The notes under the pieces are model-generated. The model did no database searches and had not been told where the DNA came from. It saw only the letters and a list, made by a program, of their open reading frames with translations. Source: an uncultured Lentimicrobiaceae bacterium (lineage in GTDB: Bacteria > Bacteroidota > Bacteroidia > Bacteroidales > UBA4417). Taken from it: a DNA stretch of 48,209 bases. A program made the position numbers and the translations under genes. This document shows, in pieces, positions 1 to 9,782 of this stretch. How positions within the stretch are numbered: the stretch's first letter is position 1; every line of letters starts with the position of its first letter. The stretch is from the NCBI GenBank assembly GCA_964583325.1, contig CAZOXJ010000003.1, positions 1-48,209 on the forward strand, read 5' to 3'.

Positions 1-41
1 AAACATCCGATAGATTTTACAAGGTTTTTAATCAAGTTTCA

Positions 42-49
42 TACCTTTG
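42..49 (+). promoter_or_regulatory. Candidate Bacteroidota sigma-A -7 box (TAccTTTG) upstream of the DUF4199 gene
   Basis: Exact match to the Bacteroides/Flavobacterium -7 consensus TAnnTTTG, 33 nt upstream of the ATG at 82. Confidence 0.4.
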
Positions 50-81
50 CACTAACCCAAACCAATAAAACAAAAAACATT

Positions 82-651
82 ATGGAAACAAAAAACACGC
101 TTTTCAGTTCAGCATTAAAAAGTGGACTCATTATTGGAGCAGTTTCAATTGTCACTTTCCTCGTTATGTATGTGTTTGATATTAAACCTATTGGTATTTT
201 AATACCTATACTGCTTTTACTTGTGAGTGTTGCAATAAGTATTGTTATTTTAGTGATATTGTTAAAAAAATACAGAGTAAGCAGTGGCGGATTTATTTCT
301 TTCAGAGATGCATTTTTATTTGCATTTATTGCATTAGCAATTTCTGTCATTCTATATCAAGTATTTAATTATGCTTTTCTACAATTAATTGATCCAGAGT
401 ATAATAAAACTATTATGGAAGCTCAGAAAACCTGGATGGAGAATTATCTCTCTGGCAAAATGTCAGACGATCAGATTACGGAACAACTTGATAAATTAGA
501 TGAGCAAGCGGCTAAAATGGGAACATTTTCTACCTTGTTAAAGAATATTTTCTGGAGCATTATTGTATTCGGTATAGTTGCATTAATTGTTGGAGCAATA
601 ATGAAAAAGAAGCCTGAGATGTTTGGTACCAACGAAGGAGGAGCAATATAA
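82..651 (+). CDS. DUF4199-like small polytopic membrane protein
   Basis: 189 aa with about four hydrophobic helices (e.g. 'GLIIGAVSIVTFLVMYVF', 'ILIPILLLLVSVAISIVILVILL', 'IFWSIIVFGIVALIVGAIM') and an amphipathic middle segment. Size, topology and position just upstream of a GT2 gene fit the Bacteroidota DUF4199 family as I recall it. Confidence 0.6.
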   Translation: METKNTLFSSALKSGLIIGAVSIVTFLVMYVFDIKPIGILIPILLLLVSVAISIVILVILLKKYRVSSGGFISFRDAFLFAFIALAISVILYQVFNYAFLQLIDPEYNKTIMEAQKTWMENYLSGKMSDDQITEQLDKLDEQAAKMGTFSTLLKNIFWSIIVFGIVALIVGAIMKKKPEMFGTNEGGAI

Positions 652-658
652 CCTGAAT

Positions 659-1597
659 ATGGACATCTCTGTAATAGTACCCTTATTAAACGAAGAGGAA
701 TCATTGCCAGAACTCTGCCAATGGATTGGAAAAGTGATGCTTGAGAATAATTACTCTTACGAAATTTTACTAATTGACGACGGTAGTTCTGATAATTCGT
801 GGAATATCATTCAACAACTTCATCAAAATGACAACAGAATAAAAGGAATAAAATTTCGAAGGAATTACGGAAAATCTGCTGCCTTGAACACTGGTTTTAA
901 GACAGTTGCAGGCGATGTGGTTATAACAATGGATGCCGATTTACAGGATAGTCCTGATGAAATACCAGGGTTATTTAAAATGATCAAAGAAGATGGATTT
1001 GACCTTGTTTCCGGATGGAAAAAAGTTCGTCATGATCCTTCGCTCACCAAAAATATACCCTCGAAGTTTTATAATTCGATGACCAGCCGTATGTCGGGTG
1101 TTAAACTACACGATCATAACTGCGGATTGAAAGCCTATAAAAAAGATGTGGTTAAAAGTATTGAAGTGTATGGCGAAATGCACCGCTACATCCCTGTAAT
1201 TGCCAAATGGAACGGCTTCAAAAAAATAGGGGAGAAGGTTGTTGAACACCGAAAGCGTAAATTTGGTGTCACCAAATTCGGTGTTAACCGTTTTGTGAAT
1301 GGTCCTCTCGATTTGATTTCGATCATGTTTGTTTCCAAATTTGGTAAAAAACCCATGCATTTATTTGGAATGCTGGGAATGTTACTTTTCATAATCGGTT
1401 TTGCAATTGCCGGAATTCTGGCTTACGCCAAGTTCTTTCTGGCGGAATATCGTATGACCGATCGTCCGATCTTTTATTTTGGTTTGCTCAGCATGGTTCT
1501 CGGAACTCAGTTATTCCTTACCGGCTTTCTGGCCGAAATGGTTGCACGTAATTCTCCCGAACGCAATCACTATCTGATTGAGAAAGAGATTTTTTAA
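659..1597 (+). CDS. Family 2 glycosyltransferase, polyprenol-phosphate sugar transferase type (GtrB/DPM1/ArnC-like)
   Basis: 'ISVIVPLLNEEESLPEL', 'LLIDDGSSDNS', DXD-like 'MDADLQDSPDE', then two C-terminal TM helices ('LFGMLGMLLFIIGFAIAGILAY', 'FYFGLLSMVLGTQLFLTGFLAEMV'). I chose the ATG at 659 (MDISVIV...) over the TTG at 623, which lies inside the preceding gene. Confidence 0.85.
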   Translation: MDISVIVPLLNEEESLPELCQWIGKVMLENNYSYEILLIDDGSSDNSWNIIQQLHQNDNRIKGIKFRRNYGKSAALNTGFKTVAGDVVITMDADLQDSPDEIPGLFKMIKEDGFDLVSGWKKVRHDPSLTKNIPSKFYNSMTSRMSGVKLHDHNCGLKAYKKDVVKSIEVYGEMHRYIPVIAKWNGFKKIGEKVVEHRKRKFGVTKFGVNRFVNGPLDLISIMFVSKFGKKPMHLFGMLGMLLFIIGFAIAGILAYAKFFLAEYRMTDRPIFYFGLLSMVLGTQLFLTGFLAEMVARNSPERNHYLIEKEIF

Positions 1598-1628
1598 TCA
1601 TATCTGAGTCAATCCGAAAACTGTAAGA

Positions 1629-2768
1629 ATGGGAAAACGAAAAGTAATTATCATCGGAACTGCTTATCCATTCAGGGGTGGAGGCATGTCAACCTATAAC
1701 GAAAGGCTTGCACGCGCATACCAACAACGTGGAGATGATGTTACCATTTTTACCTTTAGCCTTCAGTATCCGGGATTCCTTTTTCCAGGTAAAACACAAT
1801 ATTCAACCGATCCTCCTCCCGAAGGTCTTGATATAAAAGTAGTCATAAACTCAGTAAATCCATTTAATTGGTTTAGTGTTGGTTACAAGATAAAAAGACT
1901 AAAGGCCGATCTTATCATAATACGGTATTGGATGCCTTTTATGGCTCCATGTCTAGGTACCATTGCCAGGATTATCAGGCGAAATCGCCATAGCAAAGTA
2001 ATAGCAATCACTGATAATATTATTCCTCACGAAAAAATGCCGGGAGGCAATCTGCTTTCGCACTATTTCGTTAAAAGTTGTGATGGATTTGTTGCTATGT
2101 CGCGAGCAGTATTGAGCGATTTGAATAAATTTGATACAGTAAAACCTCGCGTATTTTCACCTCATCCTTTGTATGACAATTTTGGAGCTTCGGTTTCTGA
2201 AAATCTGGCTAAGAAGACTATAGGTCTTGAAGAAGATACAAAATACATTCTGTTTTTTGGTTTTATCCGCGAATATAAAGGTCTCGATTTGTTAATAAAA
2301 GCTTTTGCTGATGAGCGTTTCCGTCAATTGCCTGTAAAACTTCTGATTGCCGGTGAATTTTATATTGATGGAAAACCCTATCTTGATCTTATTGAAGCAC
2401 TAGGTTTAAAGGAATTCATAGTTCTTCGTACTGAGTTTATTGAAAACCATGAAATCGTAAATTATTTCTGCGCTTGTGATATTGTAGCTCAGCCTTATAA
2501 AGATGCAACTCAGAGCGGTGTAACCCAGATTGCTTACCATTTTGAGAAACCTATGCTGACGACTAATGTTGGAGGATTATCCGAAATGGTTCCCGACGGC
2601 ATAGTAGGATATGTAGTGAATCCGATAGTGAATGAAATAAGTGATGCTTTGCTGCGTTTTTTTATTGAAAATAAAGAAAAAGAATTTTCGGCGAATGCAG
2701 CCCTCGAAAAGAAAAGGTTTAGCTGGGAACTCCTTCTTACTAAAATTGATTCGATAGTTGATCTTTGA
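1629..2768 (+). CDS. GT-B fold glycosyltransferase (family 4 / Glycos_transf_1 type)
   Basis: 379 aa. N-terminal 'IIIGTAYPFRGGGMSTYNERLA'; C-terminal donor-binding region 'FGFIREYKGLDLLIKAF ... VAQPYKDATQSGVTQIAYHFEKPMLTTNVGGLSEMV' (EX7E-like). Confidence 0.8.
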   Translation: MGKRKVIIIGTAYPFRGGGMSTYNERLARAYQQRGDDVTIFTFSLQYPGFLFPGKTQYSTDPPPEGLDIKVVINSVNPFNWFSVGYKIKRLKADLIIIRYWMPFMAPCLGTIARIIRRNRHSKVIAITDNIIPHEKMPGGNLLSHYFVKSCDGFVAMSRAVLSDLNKFDTVKPRVFSPHPLYDNFGASVSENLAKKTIGLEEDTKYILFFGFIREYKGLDLLIKAFADERFRQLPVKLLIAGEFYIDGKPYLDLIEALGLKEFIVLRTEFIENHEIVNYFCACDIVAQPYKDATQSGVTQIAYHFEKPMLTTNVGGLSEMVPDGIVGYVVNPIVNEISDALLRFFIENKEKEFSANAALEKKRFSWELLLTKIDSIVDL

Positions 2769-2879
2769 ATGCGACCAGGTTAACAGGAAAAGCAATTAGA
2801 TAATTAACCTGTTGTAAGCAGCTCAACGAAAACAAAATCATCATTTATACTACCCAAAATTAATAACACTTATAAAACC

Positions 2880-3899
2880 ATGTTAATCAGAAGTAAAGCT
2901 CCTTTACGATTAGGTCTTGCCGGCGGTGGTACTGATGTATCTCCTTACTCTGATTTATATGGCGGTGGAATTTTAAATGCAACAATCAATCTTTATGCTT
3001 ACGCTACTATTGTACCGGCTGATGATGGAAAAATCATTTTCGAAACTGCCGACGGTAGCCTGGTTAAAGAATTCTCCTCAAATGCGGAAATAAAACCTGA
3101 AGGAATTTTCGATATTCATGCCGGAATCTACAATAGAATAGCTAAATTATTTCCGGATAAGAAATTGTCGTTCAGGTTAATAACTTCTATTGATGCTCCT
3201 CAGCAATCCGGACTTGGTACTTCATCAACTCTTGCTGTAGCCATACTTGGAGTATTTGTTGAATGGCTCAAACTTCCTTTCGGCGAATACGATATTGCTC
3301 AAATGGCATATGAAATTGAGCGTTCGGATCTTGGTATGGCAGGAGGGAAGCAGGATCAGTATTCGGCTACTTTCGGGGGAATTAATTTTATGGAGTTTTA
3401 TAAGGATAAAGTAATTGTTAATCCACTTAGGATCAGGGATTCATACCTTGATGAACTTGCACATAACCTGGTGCTTTACTATTCGGATACCAGCCGTTTA
3501 TCATCCCAGATCATTCAAAAGCAGCAGCAAAATGTATTAAACGAGGACAAAGTAGCTATTGAAGCCATGCACCAACTCAAAACTCAGGCTGTTATGATGA
3601 AGGAAGCTTTGCTTCGGGGTAATCTTGACGAAATTGGAAAAATACTCGATTTCGGCTGGCAGTATAAAAAACAGATGGCTTCGGGAATCACGAACAGCAG
3701 TATTGATAAAATATACGCCACTGCAATGCAAAACGGCGCAACAGGCGGAAAAATATCAGGAGCCGGCGGAGGCGGTTATATGTTTTTCTATTGTCCGGGA
3801 AACTCGCGGTTTCGGGTTATTGAATCGTTAAAGCAATTTGGAGGCTATACCGAACGTTACGAATTTACTACAGAAGGACTGGTTTCATGGACTTTATGA
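2880..3899 (+). CDS. hddA: GHMP-family sugar kinase, probable D-glycero-alpha-D-manno-heptose 7-phosphate kinase
   Basis: 'SKAPLRLGLAGGGTDVSPY' N-terminus and GHMP phosphate-binding loop 'PQQSGLGTSSTLAVAILG', plus 'GGKISGAGGGGYMFFY'. The assignment to heptose rests on the adjacent gmhA, hddC and gmhB. Confidence 0.75.
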   Translation: MLIRSKAPLRLGLAGGGTDVSPYSDLYGGGILNATINLYAYATIVPADDGKIIFETADGSLVKEFSSNAEIKPEGIFDIHAGIYNRIAKLFPDKKLSFRLITSIDAPQQSGLGTSSTLAVAILGVFVEWLKLPFGEYDIAQMAYEIERSDLGMAGGKQDQYSATFGGINFMEFYKDKVIVNPLRIRDSYLDELAHNLVLYYSDTSRLSSQIIQKQQQNVLNEDKVAIEAMHQLKTQAVMMKEALLRGNLDEIGKILDFGWQYKKQMASGITNSSIDKIYATAMQNGATGGKISGAGGGGYMFFYCPGNSRFRVIESLKQFGGYTERYEFTTEGLVSWTL

Positions 3900-3942
3900 A
3901 ATCTGCGTTCTATTTCAATTCAACAATTTTAAAATTATACCA

Positions 3943-4521
3943 ATGGAATCAAGAATCAAATCTATCATACAATCGTCTATTGATCTTAAAAACAAAGTTT
4001 TAAATGATCCTGACCTGGTTAAATCAGTTAATGAAATAGTTAACCAGATAATTAAATGCTACGAAAACGGTGGAAAAGTATTGTTTTGCGGTAACGGCGG
4101 AAGTGCTGCCGATGCACAGCATATGGCGGCTGAACTTTCGGGCAGGTTTTATTTCGACAGGTATCCCTTGTTTGCTGAAGCACTGCATGTTAACTCTTCA
4201 TATATTACAGCTGTTGCCAATGATTACGGCTACGATGAAGTGTATGCCCGGCTGGTGATGGCTATGGGGCGAAAAAATGATATTTTGATCGGGTTGTCAA
4301 CGTCAGGAAACTCAAAGAATATCGTAAAAGCATTTAAAGAAGCTAATGCGCTGGGAATGATTACTGTAGGTTTAACCGGTCAGACTGGTGGTGAGTTAAA
4401 GGGAAAATGCACTTTTTTACTCAATATCCCTTCTATTGATACACCGCGCATACAGGAAGTGCATGGCATGCTTGGTCATATTATCTGTGAACTCGTTGAG
4501 GAAAAGCTGTTTAAAAATTAA
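3943..4521 (+). CDS. gmhA: Sedoheptulose 7-phosphate (phosphoheptose) isomerase, SIS domain
   Basis: 'GGKVLFCGNGGSAADAQHMAAEL', 'LIGLSTSGNSKNI', 'TPRIQEVH'. Start set at the ATG at 3943 (MESRIKS...); the upstream part of the track ORF overlaps hddA. Confidence 0.88.
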   Translation: MESRIKSIIQSSIDLKNKVLNDPDLVKSVNEIVNQIIKCYENGGKVLFCGNGGSAADAQHMAAELSGRFYFDRYPLFAEALHVNSSYITAVANDYGYDEVYARLVMAMGRKNDILIGLSTSGNSKNIVKAFKEANALGMITVGLTGQTGGELKGKCTFLLNIPSIDTPRIQEVHGMLGHIICELVEEKLFKN

Positions 4522-4528
4522 TTCAACC

Positions 4529-5242
4529 ATGCAAACCAACGAAGCAATAGTTCTTGCAGGCGGATTAGGAACCAGGCTACAACATGTTTTACCTGACATT
4601 CCCAAATGCATGGCTCCGGTTAATGGAAGGCCATTTTTGACCTATGTGCTCGATTCCCTCGAAATTCAGAAAATAACTAAAGTAGTACTTTCGGTTGGCT
4701 ACCGGAAAGAGGAAATAATAAATTATTTCGGTACAAAATATAACTCAATTTCAATCGCTTATTCGATTGAAAATGAACCGTTAGGAACCGGTGGCGCAAT
4801 TAAATTTGCTTTGGATTATTGCAATAATGAGGACATTTTTATTGTAAACGGCGATACGTATTTCAATCCTGATTTCAATAATATGGCGGATTGGCATACA
4901 ACTTCAGCAGCTGATATAACCATTGCCATAAAGTACCATACTGATACTGAACGTTATGGATTAATTGATGCTGATCAGAAAGGAAAAATTATTGAATTCA
5001 GGGAAAAAGATAAACTTGCCGGTAGTGGTTGGATTAACGGAGGAATTTACCTGGTTAAAAACACGATTTTCAACAATTTTCAACAACAGAAGTTTTCGAT
5101 AGAAAATGATGTTTTTAAAGTTTCGTGCAATAGCTTAAACCTTTATGCTTTTCGAACGGATGCTTTCTTTCTTGATATTGGAATTCCTGAGGATTATGAA
5201 AGAGCACAAACACTTCTAACTGCACTAACGGCGAATGAATAA
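4529..5242 (+). CDS. hddC: Sugar-1-phosphate nucleotidyltransferase, probable D-glycero-alpha-D-manno-heptose 1-phosphate guanylyltransferase
   Basis: 'AIVLAGGLGTRL' pyrophosphorylase signature, 'EPLGTGGAI', about 237 aa with no C-terminal extension. Start set at the ATG at 4529 (MQTNEAIVLAGG). Specificity is inferred from context. Confidence 0.75.
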   Translation: MQTNEAIVLAGGLGTRLQHVLPDIPKCMAPVNGRPFLTYVLDSLEIQKITKVVLSVGYRKEEIINYFGTKYNSISIAYSIENEPLGTGGAIKFALDYCNNEDIFIVNGDTYFNPDFNNMADWHTTSAADITIAIKYHTDTERYGLIDADQKGKIIEFREKDKLAGSGWINGGIYLVKNTIFNNFQQQKFSIENDVFKVSCNSLNLYAFRTDAFFLDIGIPEDYERAQTLLTALTANE

Positions 5243-5798
5243 TAAACTAACGAACCTGCAGGGCTGGACTTTATTTATCGACCGCGATGGCGTAATTAAT
5301 GAGCGTATTCCGGATGATTATGTAAAGCAACCACACGAATTTCAATTTATTCCCGGTGTACTGGATGCTTTTGTTACATTAGCGGCTATTTTCAAGCCCA
5401 TAATTGTTGTTACTAATCAGCAAGGTATAGGCCGAGGCTTAATGACTACCACCCATTTGAATGCCATACATGAAAAGATGCTAAAGGACATAATTGCGAA
5501 TGGCGGCAGAATTGATGCAGTTTTTTTTAGCCCTGATTTGAAAAACACCCGGAGTTTTACACGAAAACCTTCTGTGGGAATGGGTTTGAAAGCCCGAAAA
5601 CAATTTCCGTCCATTAGCTTTAAAAAGAGCTTCATGGTTGGAGATTCATACAGCGATATTCTTTTCGGACACAGGTTGGGAATGGTTACTGTATTGATAG
5701 GAAACGATAAAGATGTTACACTCAAATGTTCAGGAATACTTGATTACACCTTTCCTGATTTGATTTCTTTTGCCGGATTTATTGAAAATAATTCTTAA
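5235..5798 (+). CDS. gmhB: D,D-heptose 1,7-bisphosphate phosphatase (HAD superfamily, histidinol-phosphatase-like)
   Basis: HAD motif I 'FIDRDGVIN', motif II 'VVTNQQGIGRG', 'RKPSVGM', motif IV 'GDSYSD'. The start overlaps the hddC stop by 8 nt (ATGAATAA), suggesting translational coupling. Confidence 0.82.
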   Translation: MNNKLTNLQGWTLFIDRDGVINERIPDDYVKQPHEFQFIPGVLDAFVTLAAIFKPIIVVTNQQGIGRGLMTTTHLNAIHEKMLKDIIANGGRIDAVFFSPDLKNTRSFTRKPSVGMGLKARKQFPSISFKKSFMVGDSYSDILFGHRLGMVTVLIGNDKDVTLKCSGILDYTFPDLISFAGFIENNS

Positions 5799-5860
5799 TA
5801 ATAAGCTTAGCTGACATCATGTAAATAAATGTTTAACAAATACATACACAAAATATACCA

Positions 5861-7327
5861 TTGACACCTTCACTCATATTTTTCAGCTTCCTGGCATACA
5901 CTATTTTACTGTTTGTAGTTACCTGGATTACTGCCCGAAAGGCAAACAGCGATTCGTTTTACATCGGAAATAAATCATCCCCCTGGTTTGTTGTAGCTTA
6001 TGGGATGATTGGCGCCTCATTGTCCGGAGTAACTTTTATGTCAGTTCCCGGATGGGTTGGCGAAACTCAATTCAGTTACTTCCTGGTAGTGGTAGGTTAC
6101 CTTATAGGATATACCGTTATTGCAACTATATTAATGCCAATGTACTACAGGTTAAACCTGACTTCAATTTACTCTTATCTCGAAAAGCGTTTCGGTTTCT
6201 GGTCGTATAAAACAGGAGCTTTTTTCTTTCTTTTGTCACGTACTATCGGTGCTTCTTTCAGAATGTTTCTGGTAGTGAATGTGTTACAAGTATTTGTTTT
6301 TGATGCCTGGAATATTCCTTTTATCGTTACCGTGAGTATTTTTATTGGACTTATTATTTTATACACTTTTAAAGGTGGGATTAAAACCATCATCTGGACC
6401 GATACATTACAGACAACTTTTATGCTTCTGGCAGTGGGTTTGTCAATATATCTCATCAGCAAAGATCTCCATTATGATATACATAGTTTGTTCTCAACCG
6501 TTTGGAGTAGTGACTATTCAAAAATGGTTGTAACCGACTGGCATAGTAAACAGTTTTTCCTGAAGCAAATACTGAGCGGAGCCTTTATAGCAATTGTTAT
6601 GACTGGCCTCGACCAGGAAATGATGCAGAAAAACCTGAGCTGCCGTAATATCCGTGAAGCCCAGAAAAACATGTTCACTTTCAGCATTGTTCTGGTTTTT
6701 GTTAACCTGATGTTCCTTTTCTTAGGAGCTGTTCTTTACATTTATTCATCAACCCACGGCATTGATTTACCCTTACGCTCCGACGACCTTTTTCCAATGA
6801 TAGCAATTAAATACCTCGGGCCGTTAGCAGGTCTCGTATTTATAATTGGTTTAATTTCAGCAGCTTATCCTAGTGCCGACGGAGCCCTGACCTCTTTAAC
6901 GACATCCTTTACAATCGATTTTCTTGGTTTGAATAAGCGTAAGGACCTGAACGATAATCAAAAAAAGAAACTACGTTATGCAGTGCACTTTTCGTTTGCC
7001 ATCCTGCTTTTAGTAGTAATTGTAATTTTCAGGGCAATTAATGATCGGGCAGTAATTGATAAACTTTTTACAGTTGCCGGATATACTTATGGTCCTCTGC
7101 TTGGTCTTTACGCATTCGGGTTATTTACGCGTTTCAATGTAAAGGATAAGTATGTTCCGTATGTTGCTGTTAGTTCTCCAATTCTCTGTTATCTGTTGAG
7201 TGAATTTTCAGTGGAATTATTAAATGGATATAAGTTTGGATTTGAATTACTGATAATCAATGGATTAATTACGTTTATCGGGTTATTACTCCTACGCAGA
7301 AAAGACAGGCAAATTGGGAATCTGTAA
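5861..7327 (+). CDS. Sodium:solute symporter family (SSF) transporter
   Basis: 488 aa with about 13 hydrophobic helices. SSF-like segments include 'GNKSSPWFVVAYGMIGASLSGVTFMSVPG', 'GGIKTIIWTDTLQ' and 'ISAAYPSADGALTSL'. Apparent TTG start; substrate not inferable. Confidence 0.75.
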   Translation: MTPSLIFFSFLAYTILLFVVTWITARKANSDSFYIGNKSSPWFVVAYGMIGASLSGVTFMSVPGWVGETQFSYFLVVVGYLIGYTVIATILMPMYYRLNLTSIYSYLEKRFGFWSYKTGAFFFLLSRTIGASFRMFLVVNVLQVFVFDAWNIPFIVTVSIFIGLIILYTFKGGIKTIIWTDTLQTTFMLLAVGLSIYLISKDLHYDIHSLFSTVWSSDYSKMVVTDWHSKQFFLKQILSGAFIAIVMTGLDQEMMQKNLSCRNIREAQKNMFTFSIVLVFVNLMFLFLGAVLYIYSSTHGIDLPLRSDDLFPMIAIKYLGPLAGLVFIIGLISAAYPSADGALTSLTTSFTIDFLGLNKRKDLNDNQKKKLRYAVHFSFAILLLVVIVIFRAINDRAVIDKLFTVAGYTYGPLLGLYAFGLFTRFNVKDKYVPYVAVSSPILCYLLSEFSVELLNGYKFGFELLIINGLITFIGLLLLRRKDRQIGNL

Positions 7328-7427
7328 TTACCTGTTTTTTAAAAGAAACTTCGAATAACCAATAATCCGGTTTGATTTTAACTCATGTTTGATATTTGTC
7401 GTCAGATATACAAAAAAACATCGTAAT

Positions 7428-7461
7428 TACCTTTGATTGCTCAACAAAATAGATATTTTTG
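7428..7461 (+). promoter_or_regulatory. Two tandem candidate -7 boxes (TAccTTTG at 7428-7435, TAttTTTG at 7454-7461) upstream of glnN
   Basis: Both are exact TAnnTTTG matches. The TTTG within the first box lies 18 nt upstream of the second box and could serve as its -33 element. The glnN ATG is at 7489. Confidence 0.45.
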
Positions 7462-7488
7462 TCAACCAGAAATTAAACACAAAAACAT

Positions 7489-9675
7489 ATGTCGAACATC
7501 CGGTTTAAAGCCCTCGAATTAGCAATATCGCGTCCTAAACGTGCGATCGAAACGAATGGAAAAGTATCTGACTACTTTGGTGAAAATACTTTTAACCAGG
7601 CTGTTATGCGTCAATACCTTTCAAAAGAAGCTTTCCAGCAGTTGCAAAATGTAATTACCAAAGGCGAAAAAATTGACAGGCGCATTGCTGATCAGGTTGC
7701 TACAGCCATAAAATCGTGGGCTATTTCAAAAGGAGCGACTCATTATACGCATTGGTTTCATCCGTTAACCGGCGCCACTGCCGAAAAGCATGATTCTTTT
7801 CTATCACCTACCTCCGATGGAAAAGCCATTGAGCATTTTGGTGCCGGCGAACTTATTCAGCAGGAACCGGATGCGTCAAGTTTCCCCAGCGGAGGCATAA
7901 GGAATACCTTCGAAGCCCGGGGTTATACTGCCTGGGATCCTACTTCAACGGCATTTATTATGGATGATACATTGTGTATTCCAACCATATTTATCTCATA
8001 TACAGGTGAAGCCCTCGATTATAAAACCCCGATGCTTAAAGCATTGCATTCACTTGATAAAGAAGCGACTGCAGTTTGTAAATATTTCGACCGGAATACC
8101 TCAAAGGTAATTGCAACACTAGGGTGGGAGCAGGAATATTTCCTTGTTGATACAGCCATATTTCATGCCAGGCCTGATATGGCTTTGTGCGGCAGAACAC
8201 TTTTCGGTCATGCTTCGGCAAAAGATCAGCAGCTATCGGATCATTATTTTGGAACTATTCCCGAAAGTGTGATGGATTTTATGCGCGAGTTCGAGTACGA
8301 AGCTCACCGGCTGGGTATTCCGGTTAAAACACGTCATAATGAAGTTGCGCCAAGCCAGTATGAATGCGCACCGGTTTTTGAAGAAGCCAATGTTGCTGTG
8401 GATCATAATCAGTTGTTGATGCACATCCTCGAAAAAGTTGCCAAACGGCATCATCTTACTGTACTATTGCACGAAAAGCCTTACCAGGGAGTAAATGGCT
8501 CAGGAAAACATAATAACTGGTCGTTAATGACCAATAACGGGGAAAACCTTCTCTCACCCGGAAAAACGCCAAAAGCCAATCTGCGTTTTCTTACTTTCCT
8601 TGTTAATATTATTAAGGCTGTTGATACGCATTCCGGACTTATCCGTTCAGTAATTGCTTCCGCCGGTAACGACCTGCGCCTGGGTGCGCATGAAGCACCA
8701 CCGGCTATTATGTCCGTTTTTATCGGAGCACAGCTGTCGCAAATATTGGATGAAATTGAAAAAAGCAAGGTTAATCAAAATCATGTAGACGGCGCTATTG
8801 AAGCTTTTACGCTTAACATCCCTAAAATACCTGAAATTTTCCTTGATAATACCGATCGCAACCGGACTTCACCATTTGCATTTACTGGTAATAAGTTCGA
8901 ATTCAGGGCTGTAGGCTCATCTGCAAATTGTGCGAAACCAATGATTGCTTTAAACCTCACATTGGCGGAGCAACTCAAAGTATTCCGTTCAGATGTGGAT
9001 ACCCTGATTGAAAAGGGTGAAAATAAAGAAGACGCAATTTATAAAATTCTACGTAAATATATCAGCGAATCGAAGCGAATAAGGTTCGAAGGAAACAGTT
9101 ATGGCGAAGAGTGGATTACTGAAGCACTCGAACGCGGACTTGCTAACATCCCATCGACACCCGAAGCTTTGAAAGTAATGGCCAGGGAGGATGTAATAAC
9201 GCTTTTCGAAGAGCATGATGTACTTACCAGACGCGAAGTACTTGCCCGGTACGAAATTGATCTTGAAAATTATATTAAGAAAATTCAGATTGAATCGCGG
9301 ATTATAGGTGATCTTTCACACAATCATATTATTCCTACAGCAATCCGTTATCAGAATACGCTTGTTGAAAATGTTAAAGGATTGAAAGAAGTTCTCGATA
9401 ACAAAACTTTTGTGAAACTTTCGAACAGCCAGATGCAGAATATAAAAGAGATTTCGGAACATATATCGATCGTCAGGCAGTTGGTTAGTGAAATGATAGA
9501 TAAACGCAAAAAGGCAAATCGAATCAATGATACTATTGAAAAGGCGGAACTCTATAACAATGAAATTTTACCGTTTTTCGAGAAAGTAAGATACCATGTC
9601 GACAAACTTGAATTGCTTGTTGATGATGAACTCTGGCCATTGCCCAAATACAGGGAATTACTGTTTATTAAGTAA
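7489..9675 (+). CDS. glnN: Glutamine synthetase type III
   Basis: The 728-aa length is characteristic of GSIII. Contains 'HYTHWFHPLTG', 'GWEQEYFLVD', 'HNEVAPSQYE' and 'NGSGKHNNWS' catalytic-site motifs. Confidence 0.93.
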   Translation: MSNIRFKALELAISRPKRAIETNGKVSDYFGENTFNQAVMRQYLSKEAFQQLQNVITKGEKIDRRIADQVATAIKSWAISKGATHYTHWFHPLTGATAEKHDSFLSPTSDGKAIEHFGAGELIQQEPDASSFPSGGIRNTFEARGYTAWDPTSTAFIMDDTLCIPTIFISYTGEALDYKTPMLKALHSLDKEATAVCKYFDRNTSKVIATLGWEQEYFLVDTAIFHARPDMALCGRTLFGHASAKDQQLSDHYFGTIPESVMDFMREFEYEAHRLGIPVKTRHNEVAPSQYECAPVFEEANVAVDHNQLLMHILEKVAKRHHLTVLLHEKPYQGVNGSGKHNNWSLMTNNGENLLSPGKTPKANLRFLTFLVNIIKAVDTHSGLIRSVIASAGNDLRLGAHEAPPAIMSVFIGAQLSQILDEIEKSKVNQNHVDGAIEAFTLNIPKIPEIFLDNTDRNRTSPFAFTGNKFEFRAVGSSANCAKPMIALNLTLAEQLKVFRSDVDTLIEKGENKEDAIYKILRKYISESKRIRFEGNSYGEEWITEALERGLANIPSTPEALKVMAREDVITLFEEHDVLTRREVLARYEIDLENYIKKIQIESRIIGDLSHNHIIPTAIRYQNTLVENVKGLKEVLDNKTFVKLSNSQMQNIKEISEHISIVRQLVSEMIDKRKKANRINDTIEKAELYNNEILPFFEKVRYHVDKLELLVDDELWPLPKYRELLFIK

Positions 9676-9741
9676 TAAGCTGCAATAATACTGATTCGAA
9701 CAGTTCCGGTTTGAAATTTTAAAACAAGATTGATAAGGTAA

Positions 9742-9782
9742 AATGCCCGGGATTATTGCCCGGGCATTCTTTCGACTTTTTT
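9742..9782 (+). terminator. Rho-independent terminator after glnN
   Basis: 10-bp GC-rich stem AATGCCCGGG / CCCGGGCATT with a 7-nt loop, followed by a T-rich run (cTTTcgacTTTTTT). Confidence 0.75.

Noticed and set aside
2775-2812. 9-bp stem (ACCAGGTTAA.../...TTAACCTGT) with a 20-nt loop after the GT4 gene, as a possible terminator.
   Set aside because: There is no T-run and the loop is large. hddA follows on the same strand without a promoter box, so read-through into the heptose genes is more likely.
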